In this document: positions 11,638 through 25,589 of the stretch, piece after piece
Numbering within the stretch: the stretch's first letter is position 1
How the letters are laid out: every line of letters begins with the position of its first letter
Origin: Vermamoeba vermiformis
Lineage: Eukaryota
Length of the DNA: 64,000 nt
Assembly: GCA_045837725.1 (NCBI GenBank)
Contig: JBEWZL010000266.1
Coordinates: forward strand, 1-64,000
Direction: 5' to 3'
Made by a program: the position numbers and the translations under genes
Notes under the pieces: generated by a model
Database searches by the model: none
Told to the model about the DNA's origin: nothing
The model's input: the letters and a program-made list of their open reading frames with translations, nothing else

Positions 11638-12079
11638 GCTGGGCAATATTGGACAAAACACAGCAAGTTACTTCTTAATAAACTCGAAGCAACGCTTTGG
11701 TCTGTCGTGCTTCTGTGGGGAAATTGGAAAAATGTTTCCGTTGCCGTTATTTTTTTCGTGCACCGTTGGAATCCACCACGACCACAACATACAGTTATAG
11801 AATAACTAAGTGCACATAAAATTATCACGATTCTCCATGAGCTATTGCCACCGAAAGAGTTACGCTTTGCTAGATGAAACGATCAACAAGGAGCCATTTT
11901 CAAATTTGCTAATTGGAATAACTCATTAGTTTACATTATTATAATATTCGTCAATAATTAATTTTTTGCTAGAGGCTTGACAATTCAATTACTTAAAATT
12001 TCATTTTTTCTTGTGACACGTTCGAAGTGCAACACTTCATGTACGACCTCAAATAATTGTATCATACACGTAAATCAAA

Positions 12080-15000
12080 ATGAGGGTTCAAATAACACCG
12101 ATATCAATGCCGAATTGCTTCGTCAATCTTCCGCTCGATCTGATTAATGTGATCTTGAGCCAGCATAGCGTAAGACAATTAGCACGAGTATTCGCGCATT
12201 CTAATTTTTATTTTTGTTATAGTCGAGCATCGGACGAGTTTTGCTTCGTCTTGATTGGGAAGATCAGGTAAAATAGAAATATTTATTGTGAAACATTTTT
12301 ATTTATTTTTTGTCGACGTTCATTAGAGTGAAATCAATCATATTAATCATATTTTATTGCGAATAAAATTTTATTCGGTGGTATCTCTATTTTTCCTTCG
12401 CTTTTGCTCCCATGATCTTCGTACTGATAAGCTTATTTTGTAGTATACAATTGTAGCCTGGTCAGGAGGGCGAAGTTCGAAACCAGGACATATTGAAATG
12501 AGCAGCGAGTTTATACGAATGCTTGGCCTCGACGTGCAATTCCCTGTAAATGTAAGAGCCTTTTCATCTCGCAGCACGCAGTCGGTTTCAATAACATGTA
12601 ACTTGTTTACGCGTAGATTGAGCCACTAGAGCCGCACAAATTAGTTTCAATCCCTCTCGCTCAACGAGTATTCGTGGAGCCTGTTTCAGTCGATGATTGG
12701 GAGATTGTGGAACTTCAGGTACGCTCGTTTGACGAAGCATTATAGCTCCATTATAGCTAACGCATTGTATAGGCACAATATATCGAAATGAATATGTTAA
12801 GCCAAGTTGCAGTTGTCAAAGAGGGTCAACAGATCCCTATTTGGATCGGTCGACAAACACTCGTTAGATTAAAAATAGGTATGCATTATACAACTCAAAT
12901 CATAGTGCGTTAGTAATAATATGTTTAAATAGGTGAGACTGTACCTGCAGGATATGTGAGATTGGCAGATGATTGCGAGGTCATCGTGGCACCAAAACCC
13001 AGAAACAAACCTGCACCACCCCCTGAACAGCCTAAGCGCAGAAAACGAAGGCCTAAAATATTCAGAATTCAAGAGAGCTTCGACTGGGCCAATAATGTAG
13101 ATTCATTGACCGTGTTAGTGAACGACCAAACAATGCGACAGTTCAAGTGGGAGCGCGATACAATTGTCATCCTCGGTGGCTTACATCCCACAGTGAAGAG
13201 CTCTGAAAAGAACAAAGAGCGAAAGAACGAAGCGCTGTTGCAGAACAAGGTGAGCAATGCTGCGAGTACCGCGTGCACATAGATTACTGACGTCATAAAC
13301 AGGCTGCTTTTCGAGTAGTCCCGACTAACTCCGTGGCGGAAGGACACATCAAGCTGCCTAAAGTGATTGCCAATCAATTGTCCCTCGCTCAGTTCTCTCG
13401 AGTTAAAATTCAACCCATCGACGTGGCTGTGTGTCATCCTGTTGAAAACTTGATGTTGTTTCCCTTGAATGTGCCCGTGGATATGACGCAAGAGAAGATG
13501 GTCCAAGCTTTCAAAGGTACAGACTATAAGTACCCAAGCATATACTGACCAACATTTAGATTGGATCTCGGGTTTAAAACTGAACGATTATATTCCATTG
13601 CTTAACGGGGCATTGTTGCACATTAACCACGCTGATTACATCGTCTATTGCAACATCAAGCCCGAAGCATTCCAATCAAACTCAGATGACGATCAATCTG
13701 CCAACAGAATGAGTGCGTCGGAGATTTTAGAAGAGCTGGAGAGCTTCCGACAATTGTTCAGCGTGTACTCGCCCTCGGGGGTACCAAATGTGCCTGCTAG
13801 TGGAGGCCCTGGCAATAATAATCAGCCGCAACAGCGACGCAGAAAGATTCCTGTCGAAGAAATCTTGCAACAATTGCCGAAGAATCAGCTGTACTTATTG
13901 GACCAACGAAAATTTCCGTTCAACAATGCGACTGTCAAGCTTATGAATCCTGTTCAAATTGATTTGCCGACTGACGAGGATGCTCTGTACGTATACCTAT
14001 AGTCTTTTTATTTTGTATTAATAAGCTCAGTCCTCTTCCCTCGTTGGACGACATTGGCGGCATCGAGGAGCACATCGGCACATTGAAAGATCACGTGGTC
14101 ATGGCACTCGAGAACCGACTCATTAAACATCAGTTAGGCGCTGCTGGTACGTGACTAATCAGGAGGCTAATTGTTCGAATGTTAATGATTACTGCACAAT
14201 AGGACAAGGAGGTATTATGGTGTACGGAGATCACGGCTCGGGCAAAAGTTTGTTGGTCTCGGCTATTGGAAGTTACTTCAAAAAACACCCAAAGTTCTTG
14301 ACGAGTAAGTATTCTTTGCTCAGGCGATCAATTCTAACGTTGAGCTAGACTTCGGCAAACTTAACTTTTCTGAACTGAGCGGCCTCAGAGTGGAGACCAT
14401 TAGAAAGCGTGTCGGTGAACTGTTTTCTGAAGCGATCAAAAAACAACCATCCATCGTGTTCCTTGATGACGTGGACATTCTTGCCACGAACGATCAAAAA
14501 GAGACTGTGAGTGTCGGTGATCCTATTCGCAGCCGTCAAATCGCTGAGATCATCGTTGATTGGACACGCGTCATCACAAATGAGAACCATCGCGTGGTGT
14601 GCGTGATGGCACTGCAACACGCAGCAGCAGTCAACCAACTCTTGTTGCGTCCTCATGTGTTTGGCAAGCAGATTCAAATTCAGCCGCCTAACCTCGAGGC
14701 ACGCATCAAGATCATGAAGAAGATTATGGCCAGGAAAGGCATCGAGTCTGCTGCCATTGACTTGCAGAGTGTTGCCATCAACTGCGAAGGATATCTGGGC
14801 GTCGACTTGGAAATGTTGGTTGAACGCGCAGTGCACGTAGCCTCGACTCAATTGATTGAAAAGTCATCCATGCAAGTGGACTCTACTGAAGAGCTCGCGA
14901 AAAAGTTGCAAAGTTTCCTGGCCAATGGTGTCGCTGAACCTAACGGAATGCCGAATGGCAACTCGCACGCACTGTTGGCCAGTACAGATTCGACACGCGC

Positions 15001-16450
15001 CAACGGAGACTCCCTAGCCAACTCAGTCGATGGCCTCGCAAACTCTTCGCGTGCAAGTTCATCGACAGGTGCCAGCCTCGCACAGAGTGAAGTGTCCAAC
15101 AAAGTGACGTTGAGCACCAATGACTTGCTCGAGGCTCAAAAAGGATTCACGCCCGCGTCATTGAAAGGCATCAAACTGCATAAGTCGAGCGTGTCTTGGC
15201 AAGATATTGGAGGTAAGTAGTAAGGTCTGAAGCGCACAATTTCTAATGCTCGACAGGTCTCGAAGAAGTGCGTTCCTCGCTCAAACAAACCTTGGAGTGG
15301 CCCAGCAAATACTCGTTCTTGTTCAAGAACTCACCGCTCAGACATCGCTCGGGTATCTTGCTCTATGGCCCTCCTGGCTGTGGCAAGACGATGCTCGCCT
15401 ACGCAGTGGCCAAGGAGTGCCAGCTGAACTTCATCAGCGTGAAGGGCCCCGAGCTGTTGAACAAGTACATTGGTGCGAGTGAACAGTCGGTGCGCGACAT
15501 GTTCTCTCGTGCTGCAGCTGCCAAGCCATGCGTCCTGTTCTTTGACGAGTTCGACGCGATTGCTCCGCGAAGAGGTCACGACAACACAGGTGTGACTGAT
15601 CGTGTGGTCAATCAGTTCTTGACGCAACTCGATGGTGTTGAAGCGTTGGTTGGTGTCTACGTGCTCGCTGCCACAAGGTGATTGAAATTCAAGTCATACA
15701 TAGGAAGCTAACACAGATTACAGCCGTCCTGACCTCATCGATCCTGCACTGCTGCGTCCTGGTCGTTTGGACAAAGCTATTTATGTAAATATTCCCGACG
15801 CTAAAGAGCGCGTGCAGATCTTGCAAGCTCAATCGCGCAACCTCAACTTGGGACCCGATGTAAATCTCCAAGAAGTGGCCGAATGGTGCGAACATTACAC
15901 TGGCGCTGATCTCCAAGCCATGCTCTACAACGCGCAACTCGAGGCCATTCATCGCTCAATTGAGTTGAATTATGAGGCCAAATTGAATGCAGGACAAAAC
16001 AACGACAAAGACGAACACGAACTCGTGACAATTTTGCAACTCGATGACAACATTAAGGCGATGCAGCACTTGTCTGCAGAGCTCAAGACTCAAATGGTCA
16101 AAAAAGTACGTACATCTGCGGTTACATGTTGCACGTGATCTGATCTTACTGCGATAGGTAAACACGATTAAAGAGAACATGCTCGAAGCAAGTGTGGCAG
16201 GCAACAAGGCAGCACGCAACAAACTACAGCCGATGATGACACAAAATGATTTGCAGAAAGCTTATCAAGGACTAGTGCCATCATTGTCCACAGCCGAACG
16301 ACGAAGATACGAGACCATGTAAGTTCATTGCAACACTAGCACAACCATTCTTTTCTGACTTCCTTCTTTAGTTACGCCAATTTTATGCAATCAAAAGGTG
16401 GCGATTTTTCACAGCAAAATCAAATGCCGAAGAAGCAGACCCTAGCTTAA
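12080..16450 (+). CDS. PEX1: Peroxisome biogenesis AAA+ ATPase PEX1
   Basis: N-terminal NCFVNLP and DDWEIVE; D1 GDHGSGKS and FLDDVD; D2 [46 protein letters not shown]. Confidence 0.93.
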
Positions 16451-16522
16451 GAACAATAAAGACAAATTCAAAAGCCAATTGAGTTCGTTTTTACACGGCT
16501 TTTTATGGATACATTGCGTACG

Positions 16523-18147
16523 CTAAGGGCTGATCATCATAGCTTCAGTTAGCATTTGAGTTGCTATTCCTTTCAATCTGTCGTGTTCTTCGCACGCGAT
16601 AAACCTACAATAGCGAAAGGTTAATTTCCAATGCAGAAGCTTTACAAATAACATACTCCTCCAACTCCAGAATGACACTTTTGACATTTTGAGGACAGAC
16701 AAATCTTCTAATGAACCACAGCTTTCGTTTCTTGATTGCAGCATCATCGCACCACAACACGAAGAAGTTCTCTATAATATCTGGCGCCGTATTAATATCA
16801 AACCTGACTGACATTAACAAGCTGCTGATTCGTGCAAACAATCCGTGAATAATCTCCTTAAGATGAGGATAGTCTAATTGGACTAGTCTTAAAGTCTCCG
16901 ATAAGTGGTGTATTATCTCCACTCCGATAACTTTTTCTTGAATTTTCGTCTCTCTGAACCGCATCAAAATGTCGATCCAGCCGAAATATTCCCCACATCC
17001 GTGTGCAATCTTCTCACGGTCTTCGATCATATTCTTGACTATCGACCATGCATAGTCTATTAAGTCTAAATATTCTTTCGGGTCTATTCCTGTTTGCAAA
17101 TGTCTCTCGATGTAGCGCAGGAAGAAGATCCGTTCCCACAGTGACCACTCGCCGTAGAACTGTTTGACGTCCTTCAACGCGAACATCATCTTGACTGACT
17201 CGACTGGCCTCGCTTTGGCAAACTCTTCCAATAATATCGTGTGATAGGGAATGAAGCGCGAGGGAATTGTGGACTGCATGAATTTGTCGAACTTTAAGCG
17301 GTCCCACAGTGCGTCGTGGTGAATGATCTTCGACACGTAGAGTATGATGAAGTTGTACATGCGTATTTGCTCGTACTTTAATACGTAATAAATATTGTAG
17401 TCATGGATCAGGGCATTGTTCGTTACTTACGTCGCGCCAGCCGATCAAAAACTCGTAAGAAAGCCCTCGCGTGGACTTAAAATGGACCATGGCCTTTAAA
17501 CCGACCATTTGAATGTCTAGCGAACTACTATGAGCGTCCTAAAACAGTGTAAGCGCTATCTGATCTACGAATGTTAATCCGATTACCAGAAGAAAGTCTT
17601 GATTGCATAAATAGGCAAGAAAATCATCTTGAGATTTCATTCTTAACAGCAGTGATATAAGCCGTTTGATGCGAGCGTTGTTCCGAATTTGTTTAACGCC
17701 GTAGATTCGCGTCAATAAAAAAATAAACGATTGGCAATATTTAACAGGCACGGGAATAAGCGTTTGTAGGAGTATATGAAGCCTCTCTGTGTCGTAATTC
17801 GCCGATTTGCCTTCAAAAGTAAACACTTCAAGCTGGGACGCGAGCTCGATCAGTTGATCTGAAAAATGTTAGCTTCTGTATATTTTATAAACGCCGCTTA
17901 CCAAAGAATATTTTCTTCTTCGTGTCAATAAAACTATTTTCAACTATTTGTCGAATTTTCTTGCAGGTCTACCAACGAAATATTTAATCGTTGACCAAAA
18001 TGCGAAATAAATTCTCGAGTAAAAATGACTACAATTATTCCTATTGCTAAGCTGACTTACCACGAAGATATAAGGAAGATCTAAATATTCCAACTTGTCC
18101 AAAATCAGATGCAATAATTCAGGCGATAATATTTCGAAGTAATCCAT
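16523..18147 (-). CDS. F-box protein with helical C-terminal domain (paralog A)
   Basis: N-terminus MDYFEILSPELLHLILDKLEY; C-terminal ENFFVLWCDDAAIKKRKLW shared with the neighbouring gene. Confidence 0.75.
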
Positions 18148-18228
18148 TCGTTCGCGGCTGTAGTGGTCTATTTACTTCAAATACGAACATTTAAAAGATA
18201 TTTTCGGCCATAAAATCCGGAGAATATT

Positions 18229-19976
18229 TCAGATTGACAAGTTTGACATGTCGAGTATATCTTGCGCCAATCGCTTGATCGATGCATTTTCTTCGTATTT
18301 AATGAATCTATTATTTTCATATGAGTATTAAATAAGGATCCAAAAACGGTTTTTAACTTACCCTTCAATTTCGAGTTTGACACTCGTTACATTTGCTTGA
18401 CACGTGAGCTTCTTGACGAGCCATAGTTTTCTATTCTTAATAGCACTATCGTCGCACCACAAAGGAAAGAAATTCTCGACGAATTCTGGATCCGTGCTGG
18501 CATCGTGTTTCATGAACAGCATCAACTGTCGCGTTTTGCCCAAGAATCCATGCACGGCATCGGTGAGATACGGAAAATCATATTGAAATAGAACCATAGT
18601 CTCGGCTAATATCTTTAGAAGACGAGTGCCTAAGAACTCCTCGTTGAGCGGTGTCATGCAAAAATGACCGAGCACATCCACAATGTCGAAAAATTCTCCG
18701 AAGTTTGACGCAATCAATGCTCTATTCGTACTCATATCGATAATCAACGTCATTAAGAACTCTACGAGTGCCATATACTCGTTTGAATCGACCACTGAAT
18801 GAATGTTTCGGGCGATCTGTTGCAGTACAACAATTCTTTGCCATAAATTCCAAGTATGGTAATGATCTATCAGCTGGTTCACTGAAAAATAATTTGCAAT
18901 GACTTCAATTCGCCGAGCTTTCTGCATTTCTGTGGTCAATAACGCATACGATGGAATCAAATGTGGGGGCACAACGTCGTGCATGATGGACTGGTCTTTG
19001 GCCATCGTCCAGAATGCATCCACGTGAATTAACTTGCTCAAATTGAAAAGTACTGCCGATTGTAGCTCCAAGCTGTTGTGATCCTGTAACAGCTGTCAGA
19101 TTCAGCTCCAAGTCTGATTCGTTCCTTACATTCAAGTTTCTCATCATCGATTGCAGCACATATTCGATGAAACTCGAACATTCGTGGATAGCGAAATCAG
19201 TCAACTGTCTTATACCCAATGCGGCAACGTGAGGATCTGGATCAAGAGAGTCCTTAAAAAACAACGGGGATTAGTATCTAGCGTTCATTATAGAAGACAG
19301 AGCTAGCTGTTAAGCAGTGATAAATCGTGCTTGCAAAGCTGTCACGTGCCTTGCACAGAGTGCTGCAGGTCAACATGACCACCTCGCCTTTGAGTCTGTG
19401 GCGCATCATAAAGCCCAACAAATGCTTCAAGGGCAGCGAGTTGTAATAACTGATTGCACTGCCGTAGGTCATCACGAGATTAGAGAAGTACGTGCGAACT
19501 GAATAGAAGGCTTCGGGAATTTGTGCGGCCTCGAAGAACATGTCGTAAAGGCCGTTTGCTCGAGCTTCACTTGATAAATCGGTGTTGTAGCTTGCATAAA
19601 TGGTATATCTACGCTGCAGTGACGCTAAGTAATCTGTCGACAAAAAAATTAGATCGGAAAATTAGACTTTTCAAATAAATGGTTCGAGCGTCAGAGGTCA
19701 CTTTCGAAATTAAAACAATTTAATGCATTATTTGGTGTATATTCGTGCACTGGGCTACCTTTCCAGACTTTTTCTTTCTTTGGCGCATAAATAGAAACAA
19801 TTTCTTTCCATTTCTTGTTTACCTAAGCATATAATTATATTTATTTTTGCTCGATGTGCCATAAATAATTACAATTAAATCCTTACCAGCAGCATGGATT
19901 TCCACGGATCAGTAAAAACGAAATAGCTGAGCACGTGATGCAGCATTTCCTCGGGAAGATCATGAATAGACGTCAT
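18229..19976 (-). CDS. F-box protein with helical C-terminal domain (paralog B)
   Basis: N-terminus MTSIHDLPEEMLHHVLSYF; ENFFPLWCDDSAIKNRKLW; last intron at the same position as in paralog A. Confidence 0.75.
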
Positions 19977-20089
19977 TGTTGTAACCAATACGTTAGCTAA
20001 TAAAAGATGCAGGTGTTCAAAGGATCCTGAAAAATTCTGAAATTTTGGTCCAAAATCAAATCTTTTAACTGCTTAACACATTTGACCAC

Positions 20090-23000
20090 ATGACCGACAG
20101 CGCGCAATCCAAATCGAAAAATAACGAGAGTAGTCCCGCGTTAGAACGACGGTCGACGTTACTGGTGCAAGATGAGGATGGCAAATCCAAACGAAAGTCT
20201 CACAGACAGAAATATCTTTCGAAATTAGGCTTAGAAGGCATTGATAATATTAGCAAATTTGAAAATAGCGATGAAGAAGGCTCTGACGATGAATCAACGG
20301 TCAAATATTCGGTGCAGATCTTGGGAACGGATCTTCGGAAAATAAAGGGAGAAAAGTCCTTTACCGTACGTATACGACATGCACAGTTATGTCATGTATG
20401 ATAGTAACATATTTTTAAATAATTTGTAGGTATACAAAGTTGAAATCACTCGTGATATTTCGAGCTGGTTGATCTATCGTCGTTATAGTCAGTTTTTTTC
20501 TCTGTTCACCGAGGTAAAATAATAATACGTTATTATTCATGATTTTTTTAACGCTAAATTGCTCAAAATAATTTTTTTGTAGCTCAAATCCGAGTTTGGA
20601 GTTGGTCGAGTGCCAAAGAAATTCCCACCAAAAGTAATTAAGCAAAATCTATCGCCACAAAATATTGACCGCCGACACCAAATGCTTGAAGAATGGTAAT
20701 AACGAATTATTAGGCACCGCAAGAATTAAAATTTCATGTTACGCAGGTTAACAGCCGTATTATCGGATCCAGAGTTGCGTCAGCACGAAAGTGTGCAAGT
20801 ATTTATTAGACAAGGCAAAGAAGACGTAGATTTCGTCCCGAGGTAAGTTCTTAACATTTTCTGATCCGATCCAGACTTACAAACAAACGCCTAGGCAAAG
20901 GAACACTGTATTGAGCGATATCGATATTCAAAGTCCATTATATAAGCTCCATAATGGTAAATGGAAGGATAGATACTTTGTTTTACGCCACGGATTGCTT
21001 TACAAGTACGAAACGAAAGAGGTATGTTCGATGGATTTCCTTTTTAGGAAATGCCGCTAATTAGCTTCTCAGGACAAACATCCGTTCAACTTTTATGACG
21101 TTAGAGATGCCGTAGCAACCGTTCAAGAGGATAAATTGCCGAAAGCTAAGACAAACTTGTTCATTTTTGCCGTTGAAGTGCCAGATCGCAATAAAAAACA
21201 TTTGACGACGCACCACTTCGCAGCTGAGAACGAAGAATTGCGTAATAATTGGATCTCTTTGATCAACAAAGAAGCACGATTGAAGAACAGCAACAAAGTG
21301 TTCGGCGTGGCGTTGGAAGATGTTCGTGAACGAGATGACAATGGCGTGCCGTTGTTTTTATCCGCAATGTTAACATTTTTGCAAGCTACTGGTACGTACG
21401 AATACACATGTACAATTAAGCCCATATAACTAATGTTGTTTATGGCAGCGCATGATCAAGACGATCTGTTCACGCGACCTCCCGATGAAAAGATTAAGAA
21501 AGAAATTGACGACGGAAATTCCATTGATTTGCAGTCCGTAGCGAACGATGCCCACGCTGTGGCTGGTCTTGTCGTGCAATATTTGCATGAGCTACCGCAA
21601 CCGATTATCAAACACGAGTATCAAGATTGCTTGTTTGGCATCTTCAGTAAGTGGATCTATTATTGATTATTATTATGCCTAAACAAAAGATCTAACTATT
21701 GTAACTAGAAATTCAAGATGAAGCAAAGCGAAACAAAATGTTCAAACATTTCTCGGAGATTGTTCCGATAATTAACCGCAATTTATTGATCAAGCTCTTC
21801 TCGTTCTTGGCTGCCATCAGGTAAAGCAACCGTACAACTATAATTTATGCTAATATCAATCATGTAGTAAATCTGGCGAGACTAAACGAGAGCGGTTAGT
21901 GAAGATTTTTGGCCGCTTAGTAATTCGCCCAGCAACAGAGCTCGATCACTCATTTTTGACGTTTTTATTCAACCAAATGATCGACAATTGGAACCTGCTT
22001 GAGGTCGAAGGCGAGAAGTACGTTCCTGTATTGGCCACGAAACGCAGATCTGTGTCCCTGGCCAAGCGAGAAAGCAAGAGAAATCTCGTTGAGAACAAAG
22101 AAATCTCCAAAGATAAAACCAACAAAGACAACAAAGTGGAAAAAACTGGAGACAATGTGGATAACCAGAAAGATACACCTAAACCACGGAAGGAAAAAAA
22201 TGATAAAGGAGAGAAGACCAAAAAAGAAGATAAGAGCACTAAAACTAACAAGAAGGACAAAGAGCCAAGAGAGAAAAAGTCGCCAAAAAGTCCTCGACAA
22301 GACAAGCCGGAAGAACCTGTTAAAACTGACGATAAAGATGCAACTGTAGACAAGCCTGCTGAAGATACCGAACAAAAAGGTACACCGAAGAGTGCTCGAA
22401 AAGAAAAGAGCGAGAAGAGTGAGAAGTCTAAGAAACCAAAGAAGACTGTTGCATTCGAACAAAAAGACGAACCAGCTGCAAAGACGGAACAAGCGGCACC
22501 TGAATTGCAACCTGAAACCAACGGTGGCAATAATAGTGCTCAATCACCGACTGAAGTTAAAGTCCTGTCGTTGAGCACATCGACGAAATCCACTCGAAGT
22601 CGCATTGTCTCCGAACTGCCTACTTACGGCACCATAGAGAAGCAGCCACAAGAGACTGAAACCAAAGCCGAGGATACTAATGCAACGACAGTGCCTAGCA
22701 TCACAATTAATGACAAGAACGAAGATAGTTCTGTCGATACTAAGGCCGAATCTGACACGCAAACAACAGTCACGACGACAACTCCTCGCGAGGACAACAA
22801 GCACGACGACCTCTCCGTGAGTGAGGACAGCGAGGTCGAATCGTCTGACAGCGAGGCGAGCAGCACTTCTGAGGCCTCAGTGGAACATTTGGACACGAGT
22901 GCGTCGGTGCCACGAATTGAACTTGACTCGAAGCCCGTTGAAGGCAAAGACGAGCCTGACACGCCGCACAAGAGTGACAAGGAGTCTTCCGAGGAAGAAG

Positions 23001-23279
23001 TGGAAGTGCTGTCCAGCCCTCGCTTGTCAATGGTCAAGCGTCCCAAGTCCACGAAGAACCGCAGACCTACCAGTGCACGCGTCAGCATTCCGCCTGGTGC
23101 CATTCCACCGACCGAGCTTGAATCGAATACGAACAAAACAAAACTGCCTAGTATTGGTATGATGTGTATTGCTCGAGTAGTCCTATGACTAATATTGTTT
23201 TTGAGCAGTTGTTGTCTCGCCGCAGCAAAAGTTGATCGCAGATCTGAACAAAGCTCTCGGCAACAGAGCCAAGAAATAA
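20090..23279 (+). CDS. PX-PH-RhoGAP-domain protein with long charged low-complexity tail
   Basis: PX: IYRRYSQF, FPPK; PH: WKDRYFVL, ELRNNWI; RhoGAP: VFGVALED..VPLFL, YLHELPQP. Confidence 0.85.
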
Positions 23280-23341
23280 TAACCTGTAATTGTGTAAAAA
23301 TACATTTTAATCGCACGTGGTTGTATTGTTGTCGCTATTCA

Positions 23342-23987
23342 TTATTTTGATCTTCAGCTGTAGGGGCGCCGTTGAGCGGATTCCATTTGTTTTTATGTTG
23401 CTCGAGACCAAAACCTTCAGAATAGTTGCCCTTGGTCTTACCGAATATTTTTTAGTACGTTACTAACATAAATACTACAGCAATCAACTTACTGCAAAGA
23501 GCTGTTTGAAGTGAGGCTTGCAATAAAATTTGCCCTCGATCCCGGCATAAGTGGCAGGCAATAAGAGTTTGTTGCAGTGTTGACATTTGAAGCACTATAG
23601 AAAGGTTATATTATGCGCGTCACTAAACGTGCTTACGTTTTTATGGAAGACTTTTCCGTCGATCTTTGTCTGTTGTGAATATTCAACTAATCCGTTACAA
23701 ATCTGTTTACCGTTTCGATCAGCACCATATTATTTTATATATTTTTTAGTAATTTACCCCGCAAGGAACAGCCTGAAAGTTGGTATTGTCGACATTATTT
23801 TTCATCATCTGCTCAAACGTTAACTCAGTCAACACTGTAATTGCTTATGATCGTGCATTATTATTTTAGCTTTATTAAGCATTGAAATAATATTGATAAG
23901 CAATTTACTTACTTGCATGAAGTTATTTCGCTTGGCGGCTTCATTTTGGCCTTGATCCTCTTCCGAGTCACTCCACGAATCAGACAT
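23342..23987 (-). CDS. Small single-LIM-domain protein (LIMD2/EPLIN-like)
   Basis: Spliced C..C..FHK.CFKCQHC..YCKPHFKQLF..KGNYSEGFG. Confidence 0.88.
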
Positions 23988-24129
23988 GTTATTGTTGTAT
24001 AACAAAAGAGACAAAACTAATTGTTTCGGCGAGCCGGTTGGTTCAAAAAAAAAAGCAACGGAAATTTCGTGCCTCGCCGTTCAAAGCCGTTTCAATACAT
24101 TCCTTTAACTCTACTAGTAGAGGCAGAAT

Positions 24130-25419
24130 TTATTTCATGCTACGAGCACCAATATGGTACTTGGCACGCTTCTTGGCGAATTTTCCGATCAAAGGCAACT
24201 TGAACAACTTTTGCTTGGGGGCGTCAATGGCGACCTGATTAATTACGACCGTGAGCTCCCATTGCACAATTAAATCGTATTAATTATCATGAGTGGCCTT
24301 ACCTTGATGACCATGAAGATTAAGAATGCCATTGAAATAGACCAGAACAACCAGAACACGACGAACTGCCACACAAACACGAGCCAAAACACGAAGAAAA
24401 TAGCTGATGCGAGCATTGACTGATCGATGCAAATAGTGCGTTAGTATTAGCTTGTCGGATAGATCATAGTGTGCGTATATAATGAGCTCAAAGTAATGTT
24501 CGGACGTACCTGAATGGAGTGAAACAAGACGAACAAATTGCGACGTTCGAGCAAGAAAATAATCAGCGCACCGAGCCAAGAGAACAAATAGCATAAAATT
24601 CCTACGTTATAGAACCACATTAATAATAGTACATCGTGATATCGCACCAAGATGCTAAAAGTTAAATTGGAATGCGCTCTTGGGAAGGTTAACTAAGAAT
24701 ATCATTCTAATGCGTACCGAGCACTAAAGGAGATGCGCCCGTGGAGGTAGCATCAGCGCTATTAATAAATCCTTCGGTATGTTGATCGGGAGTCTCGTAG
24801 TATGTGGGAGGTTGGGTTGGATGTGGTTGTGGAGGCATTTGCTGTGGAGCAGCATACGTAGGAGGAACATAGAAATTAGGTGGTCTTGGTTCTTCTACAT
24901 AAATAGAGCTGGTAATGGAGCGTTAATAGCTTGCCGGATAACGTGTACGAAAATTCGAGCAGATCCGTTACGAATTAGCCAGTGTAAATTTTAATTTTTG
25001 AAATTATGCCTTTGTCGCGTCGTGCTCAAAGAATATGAGTCGATATTATCGAGATTAAATTCGGTTCTTGCAAATTTGCGAAAAATCGTAAATGGTCCCC
25101 GATCTTCGAATGGGACCATTGTAAATTATTTTACATGTATTATTGATACCATTAAATTAGAGCACGAGCATGACAGCGATATTTAATCAAATTAGATTTT
25201 TTGGTGAAAGGCTTACGTTTGGCTGGGATTGTTAGATGCTTTTACGTCAGGCACAGAATAAGCCAATGAGGCGTCAAAATAAGATTGATTCATCGTGGCA
25301 TTCATATTTGCGGATGTATTTTGAACGGGTTCGCCTGTGTAAGGGTCGAAGCGGATGGACATATCCATGCCACTACCGTTTGGGGTCACATACACTGATG
25401 GATTATTGGGATCGGACAT
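24130..25419 (-). CDS. DUF4870/Tic20-like membrane protein with Pro/Gln-rich N-terminus
   Basis: LCYLFSWLGALIIFLLERRNLFVLFHSIQ and C-terminal FKLPLIGKFA. Confidence 0.7.
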
Positions 25420-25589
25420 ATTGATATATACTATACAATATTGTGGTTTAATATAACAAATACAGAGCTTAAATAGAGAGTCTGGCGAGAAGATTTTTCA
25501 AGCCAAATTTTGCCGGTCCACAAGAGAGCCTCTTCTGCAAACTGTTCGACTCTTTTGATTCTATCTGTACGAGCTAATATAAGTGCACG

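Noticed and set aside
21946..23316. Long antisense ORFs opposite the RhoGAP tail (similar ones opposite the cyclase and PEX1)
   Set aside because: Shadow ORFs of biased-codon or low-complexity coding sequence
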